Part shown: piece after piece, positions 1-9,329 of the stretch
Position numbering within the stretch: position 1 is the first letter of the stretch
How the letters are laid out: each line of letters starts with the position of its first letter
Assembly (NCBI GenBank): GCA_040386535.1
Contig: JAZKFH010000016.1
Span: 1-64,000 of the forward strand
DNA: 64,000 nucleotides
From: Myxococcota bacterium
Lineage (GTDB): Bacteria > Myxococcota_A > UBA796 > SXON01
Direction of reading: 5' to 3'
The notes under the pieces: generated by a model
Told to the model about the DNA's origin: nothing
The model's database searches: none
The model's input: the letters and a program-made list of their open reading frames with translations, nothing else
Program-made: the position numbers and the translations under genes

Positions 1-758
1 CCGAGCTCCTTCTGGATGGCCTTGAGCTGCTCCCGCAGGAAGTACTCCCGCTGGGCCTTGTCCATCTCGCCCTTGACCTCGGTCTGGATCTTGTTCGAGA
101 GCTCCAGGACCTGGATCTCCTTGTTCAAGAGCGCGATGACCTTGGACATACGCTCCTTCGTGTCGAAGGTCTCGAGGAGCTCCTGCTTCTCCTCGACGCC
201 GATCGACAGGTTGCTGGAGACGATGTCCGCGAGGATGCCCGGGTTGTCGATGCTCCGGACGAGGAAGCTCGCCTCGGAGGGGATGTGCGGCGACAGATCG
301 ATGATCTTCTGCGCCAGCTCCCGCATGGTCGACATCAGCGACTCGAGCTCGGGGGTGGACTCGGTGCCCTCCTCGTAGACGCGGACCTGCGCCTTGAGGC
401 AGGGATCCGTGCCTTCCCAACGCTCGACCTTGATGCGCGCGAGGCCCTGGATGATGACGTTGAGCTTGTTGCCCGGCATCTTCACGGACTTGAGGATCTT
501 GACGACGGTGCCCGTGTTGTAGAGCTCGCCCACGTCGGGATCTTCGTTCTTCGCGTCCTGCTGGGCGACGATGCCGAGCAGCTTGTCACCGGCGAGCGCG
601 CGCTCGACGGCTTCGAGGCTCTTGTCACGACCGACGTTGATCGGAAAGGCCAGGACCGGAAAGATGACCGTGTTCCGGATGGCCAGGATCGGGATGTTCA
701 GCTCCGACGGCAGGTTGACGGGTGCACCCTGGTCGTAGCTCGGGGGGTCGAATGCCAT
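1..758 (-). CDS. lon: Lon (La) ATP-dependent protease, N-terminal part (runs off the window)
   Basis: My translation: MAFDPPSYDQGAPVNLPSELNIPILAIRNTVIFPVLAFPINVGRDKS...EIQVLELSNKIQTEVKGEMDKAQREYFLREQLKAIQKEL, which are Lon N-domain and QREYFLREQ signatures. AGGAG lies 7 nt upstream of the ATG. Absent from the ORF track because it is incomplete. Confidence 0.95.
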   Translation of the reverse strand, partial: MAFDPPSYDQGAPVNLPSELNIPILAIRNTVIFPVLAFPINVGRDKSLEAVERALAGDKLLGIVAQQDAKNEDPDVGELYNTGTVVKILKSVKMPGNKLNVIIQGLARIKVERWEGTDPCLKAQVRVYEEGTESTPELESLMSTMRELAQKIIDLSPHIPSEASFLVRSIDNPGILADIVSSNLSIGVEEKQELLETFDTKERMSKVIALLNKEIQVLELSNKIQTEVKGEMDKAQREYFLREQLKAIQKEL

Positions 759-800
759 TCTTGTACTCCTGACGCTCTCGGGAGAGCGCTTTACGGTCGG

Positions 801-828
801 AAGCTATCCCCCGAATTCCATGCGACAA
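801..828 (-). promoter_or_regulatory. Putative sigma70-type promoter of lon
   Basis: Minus strand TTGTCG-N16-TAGCTT, followed by the palindrome CGCTCTC-GG-GAGAGCG (773-788) in the leader. Confidence 0.35.
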
Positions 829-851
829 GCTTGCGCTGCCGAAACGCTCGA

Positions 852-2699
852 CTACTTCGGAAGCACCGGCTGTGTGCGCTCGCGAACGCTGCCTGTACGG
901 CCGAACGCCTCGAGCTTCTGCTCGTACAGCGGACGGCCGATGTCTTCCCACCCCCGATTGGCTAGACGCTCCGGCGTAGGCGCCCATTCCGCGCGCGGCG
1001 TGTAGGTGCCGCGCAGATCCCACATCACCGTGTCACCGTCGACCCCCACGGGCGCGGTGCCGAGCACGCGGCTGATCGCGTCGATGGTCTCGCCGATCCG
1101 GGCGTACTTGTCGAAGGTGGCGCCGGTCACGTCGAGCTGGCGGCGCAGCTCGGACTCCAGCAGGGACCGGCGGAGGAGGACCCAGCGGAACCCCTCCTTC
1201 TCGAGGAGGGCACGGTCCTTCTTGGCGACGTTCTTCGGCTGGGCGGGCGTGATGGCGGCGCCACGGAGCGCCTTGACGAGCGAGTTGTTCAGGCGCTTGT
1301 GGTACTTCTCGGGCCAGAAGATCGCCGCCGACTCGCCCATGCCGCCGAACGTGGGGCGTTGGAATTCGGTCTGCCACATCAGGCCGTCGTGCTGGATCTT
1401 CATCGGCAGGAAGATGACGTTGCCCTCCTCCTCGTGGAGGGACGCCACCATCGGCGGAGCCCGCGTGTACCGGTGATTGAAGGGCCACGTTCCGACCGCC
1501 ACCTGGCCGGCGAGCCCGAGCGCCACGAGCGCGCCCAACACCAGGCGTGGGCGCGGCGTCATCGCCACCATGGCGCCGAGCAGGAGCGCCGCCGGGATGA
1601 ACGCGACCGCCGCCATCCGGTACGGGAACCAGAGCCGATCGAAGAACGGAAGGTACCGGTACAACACCATGTAGTGGGGCATGACGAGGACGGCCCCGCC
1701 CGCGCGGAACATCGTGCCCCCCGCGAAGGCGAGCACCACGAGCAGCGCCGCGATCCAGCGCCACCGCCCACCGGGGATGGGCAGCTTGCGGAGGAACGGC
1801 ACGAGCAGGAGCGGGAGGCCCCACGCCGGCTGGAAGAACAGCGGGGAGCCGTGCATCTCCATCAGCCAGAGGCCGTGCAGATCCGCGGAGACGTTGTTGG
1901 CGATGGGCTTGGGCGCCAGGAAGATGCTCCCCTGGGTCGGATCGATGCCCGGCACCCGCCCGTCGTCCACGGCGCTGGTCATGCCGAGGAGGCCGGGGGC
2001 GACGAGCACGAAGCAGAGCGCCACGCCGAAGGACCAGCGCCGGACGACACCCCACCGATCGCTCGAGGCGTGCAGCTCCCACGCGGCCAGGGGAAGGAGG
2101 AGGAGGACCAGGAAGTACGCCGTGAACCAATAGGTCCAGGCGGACATCGCCACCGCGACGCCTAGCCACGCGCCGTTCTTCCAACCGGGCTCGCGCGCCG
2201 CGCGGAGCAGGTAGAGCACGGCCGCGGGGAGGAACCACACCATCGCCTGGGTGGGGCGCCCGGCCGTGATCTCGAACAGGACGAACGGGTTGATCATCCA
2301 GAGGAGGGTCGCCGCGAAGGCCGAGAACGTGTCCCCGAACAGGTACTTCGCGAGCGGCCGGAAGGTGACGACGTTGCCGAGCTGCAACGCCAGGGTCCAC
2401 GTCGGGGAGTAGAGCGTGTGTCCGAACACCCATTGGAAGGGCACCGAGAACACGGCGTCGACGAAGTTGTTGCCCGTGTGGGCGAACACGTCCTTGCCGA
2501 AGGGGTAGAAGAACAGGCTCGTGAACGAGGGATCCCCGAAGTGCTCGATGCACGTCCGGATCCACCAGTAGAACCAATGGGTCCCCATGGCGTCGACGCC
2601 GTCGCCCACGGTCGACCCGGGCGACGCCAACGTGGGAAGCACCCCCGCGAGAGCGATCGCGAGGAAAAGGAAGCTCTGCACCCGGGTGGAAGGAACCAT
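852..2699 (-). CDS. Polytopic membrane protein, GT-C-fold glycosyltransferase-like (YfhO/PMT-like)
   Basis: About 10-12 hydrophobic segments, then a C-terminal soluble domain. Motifs FFYPFG, GRPTQAMVWF, WFPYR, WQTEFQRPTFGGMGE. Start taken as MVPSTR, preceded by TGcTACGAT. Confidence 0.6.
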   Translation of the reverse strand: MVPSTRVQSFLFLAIALAGVLPTLASPGSTVGDGVDAMGTHWFYWWIRTCIEHFGDPSFTSLFFYPFGKDVFAHTGNNFVDAVFSVPFQWVFGHTLYSPTWTLALQLGNVVTFRPLAKYLFGDTFSAFAATLLWMINPFVLFEITAGRPTQAMVWFLPAAVLYLLRAAREPGWKNGAWLGVAVAMSAWTYWFTAYFLVLLLLPLAAWELHASSDRWGVVRRWSFGVALCFVLVAPGLLGMTSAVDDGRVPGIDPTQGSIFLAPKPIANNVSADLHGLWLMEMHGSPLFFQPAWGLPLLLVPFLRKLPIPGGRWRWIAALLVVLAFAGGTMFRAGGAVLVMPHYMVLYRYLPFFDRLWFPYRMAAVAFIPAALLLGAMVAMTPRPRLVLGALVALGLAGQVAVGTWPFNHRYTRAPPMVASLHEEEGNVIFLPMKIQHDGLMWQTEFQRPTFGGMGESAAIFWPEKYHKRLNNSLVKALRGAAITPAQPKNVAKKDRALLEKEGFRWVLLRRSLLESELRRQLDVTGATFDKYARIGETIDAISRVLGTAPVGVDGDTVMWDLRGTYTPRAEWAPTPERLANRGWEDIGRPLYEQKLEAFGRTGSVRERTQPVLPK

Positions 2700-2799
2700 G
2701 GCGCCGGCATCGTAGCACCGCGGCACGCCCCCGCCGCCCCGACGCGCCCGATTGCTCCGCCACTTGCGCTCGCGTAGAGTGCGCCGCTCGGAGATCGTG

Positions 2800-4572
2800 A
2801 TGCGAACGCTGCCCCTGCTGGTCCTTGCTGCTTGTACCGGCGAGAAGGACGAACCCGTCACGCCGCCCCCGCTCGGCATGACCCTCGCCGACGACGGGCA
2901 GCTCTACGCCGGCATCGCCCGCGTCGACATCTCCCCCACCAACTTCGAGACCTACACCGATCTCGACGGCGACCACAGCTTCGACGGCTGCATCACCGAT
3001 CCGCTCGCCTCGCGCACGGGCTGCGAGGAGCCGTTCGACGATCTGAACGGCAACGGGCGCTTCGACGCCGTCTGGATCGCGGGCTTCGGCAGCGCGCGCG
3101 CGGCCGCGAGCGTGCACGATCCCATCACCGTCACCGCGGTCGTGATCTCGCTGAACGGCGAGTACGTCTCGCTCGTCGGCCTCGATGCGCTCGGTCTTCT
3201 CGAGAACCGCACCCGCGACACGCGCGACATGTTGGAGGCCGAGGGCTTCGATCGTGATCGCATCGTGATCAGCTCGTCGCACAGCCACCAGGCGCCGGAC
3301 ACCGTCGGCATCTACGGCATCGACGAGGACCTCGTCACCGGGGTCTACCCGCCGTTCGTGGACGCGATCCCCGGCGCCATCTTCGACGCCGTCGCCACCG
3401 CGGCGGGGAGCATGGTCGCGGTGACCCCCACACAGGGTGCCGTGCACATGTCCGCCTTGGACCCCGCGTTCAACGGCGCGCCCTTCGGCGGCACCAACCC
3501 GGACCCCACCGTGGAAGGTGGCATCAACGACATCCGCGATCCCCTCATCGTCGCGGACCAGGTGCTCGCCATCGCGCTCGACGGGCCGGACGGCCGCGTC
3601 GCCACCATCCTCAACGCGTCGGGCCACCCCGAGACCGTGGGCGACGAGAACAGCGAGATCTCGTCCGACTACGTCGGCTACGCGCGCGACTACCTGGAGC
3701 GCCGCAACGGCGGCCTCACCGTGTTCCTCTCCGGCGCTCTCGGCGGCATGCAGTCGGCGCTCGGCGCCACGCTCCCCGCAATCGACGAAGAGGGCAACCG
3801 CGTGCTCGACGACGCCGGCCAGCCCACGTGGATCGACGACTCGGGGCCCGGTCCCAAGTGGGAGTTCGCGCGCACCTGGGGCACCCTCGTGGCCCAGGCC
3901 GCCGAGACCGCGCTGACCGACACCACGCCGTGGACGAGCCTGCGCATACGCAACGCCGAGTTCCTCATCCCGGTCGACAACGCATCCTTCAAGCTGGCCT
4001 TCCAGGTGGGCCTGCTCGACACGCCCGACGACTACGTTGTGCAGAACACGACCTGCCCCGAGTACGGCGTCGACAACGCGCTGTTCGGCTGCATCCCCGC
4101 CGCCGCCTGGGTCCTCGAGCTCGGCCCCGTCACGTTCGGCACCGCGCCGGGCGAGCTGATGCCGGAGCTGTTCTGGGGCGTCCCGGAGGAGGACGCGATG
4201 GTCGACCCCACGTTGCGCCCCACCGATCGCCGGTGGGTGCAGGCCGACCCCGACTGCGTCGACGTGCCCTACGAGTCCTGCCAGAACACCGCGAGCACCA
4301 TCGACGACTGCGACTGCCTCAAGCACCACGCCGTGCCCTACCGCATCACGGACGACCCGACGCTCGGCACCATCGAGTCCATGCTGCCCGGCACGTTCAA
4401 GGCGCCCATCGGCATCGCGAACGCGTACTGCGGCTACATCGTGCCCGCGCCCGACTACAACACCTACGTGTCCGTGCTGACGGACGACGGCGACCACTAC
4501 GAGGAGACCAACTCCTGCAGCGGCTCGTTCGCGCCCCTGGTCCTCGAGGCGTTCGCCTCGCTCGCGGAGTAG
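2800..4572 (+). CDS. Lipoprotein, neutral/alkaline ceramidase-like amidohydrolase
   Basis: Lipobox LVLAA-C. Motifs AGIARVDISP, VHDPI, SSSHSHQAPD (cf. HTHSGP), GHPE, PGE, GYIVP, HYEETNS. Also DxDGD/DLNGNG Ca-binding-like loops. Confidence 0.7.
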   Translation: MRTLPLLVLAACTGEKDEPVTPPPLGMTLADDGQLYAGIARVDISPTNFETYTDLDGDHSFDGCITDPLASRTGCEEPFDDLNGNGRFDAVWIAGFGSARAAASVHDPITVTAVVISLNGEYVSLVGLDALGLLENRTRDTRDMLEAEGFDRDRIVISSSHSHQAPDTVGIYGIDEDLVTGVYPPFVDAIPGAIFDAVATAAGSMVAVTPTQGAVHMSALDPAFNGAPFGGTNPDPTVEGGINDIRDPLIVADQVLAIALDGPDGRVATILNASGHPETVGDENSEISSDYVGYARDYLERRNGGLTVFLSGALGGMQSALGATLPAIDEEGNRVLDDAGQPTWIDDSGPGPKWEFARTWGTLVAQAAETALTDTTPWTSLRIRNAEFLIPVDNASFKLAFQVGLLDTPDDYVVQNTTCPEYGVDNALFGCIPAAAWVLELGPVTFGTAPGELMPELFWGVPEEDAMVDPTLRPTDRRWVQADPDCVDVPYESCQNTASTIDDCDCLKHHAVPYRITDDPTLGTIESMLPGTFKAPIGIANAYCGYIVPAPDYNTYVSVLTDDGDHYEETNSCSGSFAPLVLEAFASLAE

Positions 4573-4594
4573 GGCCCTCGCGGAGTAACGGCCC

Positions 4595-6349
4595 TCAGGG
4601 AGCCGGCGGCGGCCGGAAGCCGGTGACGTTGTTGTTGCTGGGCGCCATGGACGCGTTCGTCAACCGGTCGAGCTCGTGCCCGGTCACGACCGCGGTGGGG
4701 CCGAGGCCCGGAGCGTCCGCGGGCACGGGGGCGTGCAGATCCCAGAGCGCGTAGGTGTCGGGCTCGTAGTCGGCGGGCCGCCCGAGCTCGGCGGTGAGCC
4801 GGCGCAGCTTGGCGTCCCGGTCGTACCCGATGGCGGTCCACGACGGCGGGCTGAACCGGAGATCGAGCCACACCCACCGGAACAGCGCGGTCATGGCTTC
4901 CCGATCGGCCGGGCGGTAGGCGATGGGCGGCTCGGTGTCGTTCATCGTGCCGCCCAGCATCACGACGAAGCGGTTCTCCAGCCGGTGCTCGTAGCCCTTC
5001 GGCCGGAGGTCCCGCTCGCGCTCCCCCATCCCGCCGAACAGCGGCTGGCCGTGCAGCGTCTGGTAGACCATGGCGTCCTCGTTGGCGCCGAAGGGCAGGT
5101 AGATGACGGCGCCGCCGAGGTCGCGGATGCGCAGGTTGCCGTCGGGGATGTGGTAGCCGGTGCTCGGGATGGGCATCCCGCCGCGCCAGAGCCCCTCGGC
5201 GAGCACGACACCGACGAACAGCGGCGCCCAGACCCGATCGAGCCGCGCGAGGCCCACCGCCGCGCACATCGCGAGCAGCACGAACGCCATGCACGCGACG
5301 CGCTCGGGGAAGCCGAGGCGGGACAGCAGGGGGACGTGGTCCCACAACGTGATGAAGAAGGGGTTGTGGACGGGCGGGCTCGTCACGTCGAGCTGCGCAC
5401 CGGCGGAGAAGGCCAGCACGAGCACGAGCCCGGCGAGCCATGGGCCCGCCCGGCGCCACGTCCACACGCCCAGCCCGAACGTCGCGAGCCACGATGCGGT
5501 CAGCACCATCTCGCGGGTGAGCTTCCACCGCACGGGCGACGCGGCCGGCCCCTGCGCCCAGTCCGTCACCCCGAGGCGCCCCACGTGCCCCGCGGCGATC
5601 TCCGCGTGGATCCGGAGGAGGAACGGCGCCGCGAGCCCCACGGCGACCGCGATCGCGAGCGCGAGGCGGGGCGCGACCACGCGCGGGGCGCGCACCAGCT
5701 GCCACAGCGCCACCGGCAGCAGCGCGAGCGTGAGGAAGTACACCATGAACCAGTAGGTCAGCCCCTGGAGCACGGTGAAGAGGCCGAACAGGACCGCGTC
5801 CCGCCACGTTCCCGTCGGCAGGCGCAAGAGGTGGCGCGTCGCCAGGAGCGCGAACCACACCATCGCCTGGGTAGGCCGCCCCTCGGCGAGCTGCTGCACG
5901 GCGTAGGGGTTCAGCTCGAACGCCGCCGCGGCTGCCCACGCCGCCATCGGGTGCTTGCCGCCGGTCAGGTCCGTCGCGAGCGCCTGCATGGCGAGCGCGT
6001 TGCCGACGAGCACGACGACACCGAGCGGATCGATGAAGCCCGGCACGCCGAAGACCCACTGGAGCGGCACGCCCAGGTAGGCGTCGATGTAGTTGGCGCC
6101 GGTGTCGTTGAAGAAGTTCTTCCCGTCCGGGTAGAACAAGAGATCGGTGGTGATGGGGAGCGAGAGCTGCTCCAGCGTCGTGCGGACCCACCAGTGCATC
6201 CAGATGGTGCCGGGCAGATCGACGCCGACGCCGCCCACGGTGTCGGCCGACAGCAGGGTGCGGGGGCCGATCACGACGACGGCGAGGGCCAGGTAGGAGG
6301 CCAGCATCAGCCAGCGTTGGCCCTTGCCCGGGCGCCCTCGTTCAGACAT
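4595..6349 (-). CDS. Polytopic membrane protein, GT-C-like; paralog of 852..2699
   Basis: Shares LFYPxGK, VPxQWVFG, GRPTQAMVWF and FGGMGE with 852..2699; multiple TM helices. Confidence 0.6.
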   Translation of the reverse strand: MSERGRPGKGQRWLMLASYLALAVVVIGPRTLLSADTVGGVGVDLPGTIWMHWWVRTTLEQLSLPITTDLLFYPDGKNFFNDTGANYIDAYLGVPLQWVFGVPGFIDPLGVVVLVGNALAMQALATDLTGGKHPMAAWAAAAAFELNPYAVQQLAEGRPTQAMVWFALLATRHLLRLPTGTWRDAVLFGLFTVLQGLTYWFMVYFLTLALLPVALWQLVRAPRVVAPRLALAIAVAVGLAAPFLLRIHAEIAAGHVGRLGVTDWAQGPAASPVRWKLTREMVLTASWLATFGLGVWTWRRAGPWLAGLVLVLAFSAGAQLDVTSPPVHNPFFITLWDHVPLLSRLGFPERVACMAFVLLAMCAAVGLARLDRVWAPLFVGVVLAEGLWRGGMPIPSTGYHIPDGNLRIRDLGGAVIYLPFGANEDAMVYQTLHGQPLFGGMGERERDLRPKGYEHRLENRFVVMLGGTMNDTEPPIAYRPADREAMTALFRWVWLDLRFSPPSWTAIGYDRDAKLRRLTAELGRPADYEPDTYALWDLHAPVPADAPGLGPTAVVTGHELDRLTNASMAPSNNNVTGFRPPPAP

Positions 6350-6373
6350 CGCGGCGTTCGAGCATCGGCGCGC

Positions 6374-8158
6374 TCAGGCCTGGAGCGGCGTGCGCCAGGG
6401 CGCGATCCGCCACGCGTCCTCCGGCACCAGCGCCGGCCCGGCCGTGGCGATCTGGACGCGGAGGGCGACACATGCGCCGTGCATCATCGCGTCCGCGATG
6501 GTCACCACCGAGCGCGCCGGCAGCGGCTCGAGCCAGCTCCCGCGCACCCAGTCGTTGAACAGGCCCATCGCCGGGCCGCACCAGATCTGGTAGTCGCGCT
6601 TGCGCGAGGTGTCCCCCATCCGCGCCCAGCGGCTCGACAGGCCCAGGTACCAGCGGAAGCAGAGCGCCATCTGGTGACGACGATCGGTGCGCGCCCGCTC
6701 GAGCTCCCGCGGGTCCCGCGCGGCCCAGAACGCCTCGGTCTCCGCCCACACGTCCGCCAGCGGCCGCTGGAGGATCTGCTTCTCGATGCGCTCGCGGTCG
6801 GCCACGGGGATGTCGTCGATGCTCGCGTAGGCCCGGTAGACCTCGTAGAGCCGCGCCGCGCGTTGCGCGTACATCGTGCCGCGCGCGAGCACCTGCACCT
6901 GCGCGCCCATCTCGAACATGTCGGGCGCGGGGCCCATCGTCACGTCGGCGTAGCCGGCCTGCGCGAGCATCTCGCGGACGGTGTCGGAGGTGCCCGCCTC
7001 GCCCGCGGCCTGGTTGATCGAGCCGGTCATCACGTAGTCGGCGCCGAGCGTGAGCGCGGCCGCGAAGGAGGACGGATCGCCGATGCCGCCGGCCGCGCCG
7101 ATGCGGGGGCGCACCGCGTACCCCTCCTCGCTCGCGATGCGCGCGGAGAGCCGGCGGAAGAGCGGGATGAGCACGGAAAGAGGGCGGCGATCGGTGTGCC
7201 CGCCGCTGTCGGCCTCGGCCGTGATGTCCTCGGCCACCGGCACCTTGCGCGCGAGCTCGGCCTGGCGGGCCGTGAGGTGACCGGCGGCGACGAGGCCCTC
7301 GAGCAGCTTGACGGGCGCGGGGCGGAGGAAGGGCTCGGCCACCTCGGGGCGCGACACCTTGGCGCTCACGCGGTTGGGCGTGACGATGCGCCCGTCGACC
7401 TCGTGGATGCCGTGCAGGCGGTAGCGCACCACCGCCGGGGTGAGGCCCATGAACGCGCTCGCGTCGACCTCGTGGCAGCCGTGCTCGAGGAAAAGGTCGA
7501 CCGTGGCCTCCTCCACACCGGGCTCGACCGGATTGTGGAGCAGGTTGAAGCCCGCGGGCTTGTCCCCCACCGCGGCCTTGATCGCGCGCACACCGTCCCG
7601 CACGGCCTCGAGCGGGAGCCCGCCGGCGCCGAAGTAGCCGAGGTACCCCGCGTCGCTCATGGCCGCGACCAGCGCGGGCGAGGCGATGCCGCCGGCCATG
7701 GCGCCGGCCACGTAGTTGAAGCGCACGCCGTGGCCCGCGCGGAACGAGGGCGCGCCGAGCTGATCGGGGCGCATGGCGGGTACGACGAGCTCCGCCGGCC
7801 CGGCGCCCTCCCACCACCGGCCCTCGTGCCACCGGAGCGTGCGGCTCGGGTCGTGCAGGGCGGCCACGAGATCGGTCACCGGCCGGCCGCGCTTGACCAT
7901 CGCCACGTCCTGGACGTGCTGCTCGCCCGACGCCCACCGGGTGGAGACGCGCGCGGACTCGCCGCTGCGCTCGACCCGCACGGTCACATCGCTGTCTTCG
8001 AGCTCGACACCATCGGCGCCGTCGGCCAGGAGCGCCACGAGCGCGTCCGCGCCGCCCTGATCGAGCGCGCGGGCGAGGCCGCTGCCCCCCGGCGACCGCT
8101 CCTCGGCCGTTTCTCCCCGGAAGATCCGTACGCTGCGCGCCGACGTCATGAGACTCAT
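6374..8158 (-). CDS. pfaD: PfaD-family FMN-dependent enoyl reductase (PUFA/polyketide synthase type)
   Basis: YVAGAMAGGIAS, FGAGGL, ASAFMGLTP, AKVSRPEVA, AEADSGGHTDRR, GAAGGIG, GADYVMTGSINQ, APDMFEMGAQVQVL, DYQIWCGPAMGLFN. Start at MSLMTS (8158) or 8149. Confidence 0.92.
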   Translation of the reverse strand: MSLMTSARSVRIFRGETAEERSPGGSGLARALDQGGADALVALLADGADGVELEDSDVTVRVERSGESARVSTRWASGEQHVQDVAMVKRGRPVTDLVAALHDPSRTLRWHEGRWWEGAGPAELVVPAMRPDQLGAPSFRAGHGVRFNYVAGAMAGGIASPALVAAMSDAGYLGYFGAGGLPLEAVRDGVRAIKAAVGDKPAGFNLLHNPVEPGVEEATVDLFLEHGCHEVDASAFMGLTPAVVRYRLHGIHEVDGRIVTPNRVSAKVSRPEVAEPFLRPAPVKLLEGLVAAGHLTARQAELARKVPVAEDITAEADSGGHTDRRPLSVLIPLFRRLSARIASEEGYAVRPRIGAAGGIGDPSSFAAALTLGADYVMTGSINQAAGEAGTSDTVREMLAQAGYADVTMGPAPDMFEMGAQVQVLARGTMYAQRAARLYEVYRAYASIDDIPVADRERIEKQILQRPLADVWAETEAFWAARDPRELERARTDRRHQMALCFRWYLGLSSRWARMGDTSRKRDYQIWCGPAMGLFNDWVRGSWLEPLPARSVVTIADAMMHGACVALRVQIATAGPALVPEDAWRIAPWRTPLQA

Positions 8159-8193
8159 GCCCGCGCGCCTATCCGATCGGACCGGTCGGGGCG

Positions 8194-8844
8194 CTAGTCG
8201 CGCGATCCCGACGTCGCGAGCGGCACGGTGCGCATCAGCGACAGGAGCGCGATGATGCCGATGAAGATCTGCTCGGTCAGCACCGCGGCGGTCCCCACGC
8301 CGACCGCCACGAGCACCCCGAGCCGCGCGGTCCACACCATCGCGACCTTGGGGTCCTTGTAGAGCGAGAGGCCGTGGAGGGTGACCGAGCCGCCGTCCAA
8401 CGGGTACATCGGGAGCAGGTTGAACGCGCTCCAGAACAGGTTGAACGTGGTGGCCGTGACGAGGAGGCGCCCGATCACGGGCCCGTCGATGAACATGGAC
8501 GCGACCAGCGCCACGAGGCCGAGCAGGAACCCCGCGAACGGCCCCGCCAAGGTGACGAAGATGCCCTGCCGCGGCTTCGGCGCGTGGGTGAAGCGCGTGA
8601 GCCCGCCGAACCCGTGCAGGGTAATGGCGATGGGCCCGAGGCCGTAGGCGCGGGCGGCGAAGGCGTGGCCGAGCTCGTGGACCATGACCGACCCGAACAC
8701 CATGAGCATCAGCAGGAAGCTGTACCCGGCCGACGCGGCGCCGCCCTGCGCGCCCAGGAGCACCATCAGCGCGAGGATGGCGAGCGCGGAGGGGTCCAGG
8801 GTGACGGGGAAGCCGAACAGGCTGCCGAGCTTGATCGAGTTCAC
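8194..8844 (-). CDS. Site-2 protease family (M50) intramembrane metalloprotease
   Basis: HELGH, LAGP and FNLLPMYPLDGG motifs. GTG start overlaps the upstream stop (GTGA). Confidence 0.9.
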   Translation of the reverse strand: MNSIKLGSLFGFPVTLDPSALAILALMVLLGAQGGAASAGYSFLLMLMVFGSVMVHELGHAFAARAYGLGPIAITLHGFGGLTRFTHAPKPRQGIFVTLAGPFAGFLLGLVALVASMFIDGPVIGRLLVTATTFNLFWSAFNLLPMYPLDGGSVTLHGLSLYKDPKVAMVWTARLGVLVAVGVGTAAVLTEQIFIGIIALLSLMRTVPLATSGSRD

Positions 8845-9329
8845 GGGTCCTCCGGGGGCGTGCGGGGCGTGGCGGGTGGGGGAGTCGACGGAGGCTCCTC
8901 GGGGAGCGGCAACCCCCCGAGCGACCAGAACCATCCCGCGATCGCGACGACCGCCAGGAGCGCGGCGACGAGCGCATAGGCGTTCGCCGCCCGTAACGCC
9001 AACTCCCGCTCGGCGCGGGACTCCTCGAGGGCGCGCGCCAGCGCCGCTTCCCGCGCGGAGGCCGCGGCGACGAAGGCGTCCACGTCCACGATGCCGTGGC
9101 GCGCGAGGGCCGCGGCGGGACCCTCCACGTCGGGGCCGGGCACGCCGCGGGCTTCGAGCCACGCCACGATCGGCGCGTGGAGCGGGTGACGGGGGCACGC
9201 GGCCAGGGCGTCCCGCACGCGGGCGGGGTCCTCGGCCACGAGCGCGTCGAACAGCGGCACCGACCCGCGCACCTCACGCACCCGGTCCAGGGCGTCGAGG
9301 AGGGGGTCGGTGGGCGCCTCCGGGCTCAA
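8841..9329 (-). CDS. Hypothetical helical protein with C-terminal TM segment and Pro-rich tail
   Basis: Overlaps neighbours at both ends (TTGA, GTGA). Hydrophobic AYALVAALLAVVAIAGWFW. Confidence 0.7.
   Translation of the reverse strand: MSPEAPTDPLLDALDRVREVRGSVPLFDALVAEDPARVRDALAACPRHPLHAPIVAWLEARGVPGPDVEGPAAALARHGIVDVDAFVAAASAREAALARALEESRAERELALRAANAYALVAALLAVVAIAGWFWSLGGLPLPEEPPSTPPPATPRTPPEDP

Noticed and set aside
759..851. CIRCE, HAIR or sigma32 elements upstream of lon (also checked upstream of grpE)
   Set aside because: No TTAGCACTC-N9-GAGTGCTAA, CTTGAGT-N7-ACTCAAG or CTTGAA/CCCCAT match was seen.
4571..4597. Short inverted repeat AGGGCC...GGCCCT between convergent genes as a terminator
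   Set aside because: Only 6 bp with a long loop and no U-tract, which is expected by chance at this GC content.
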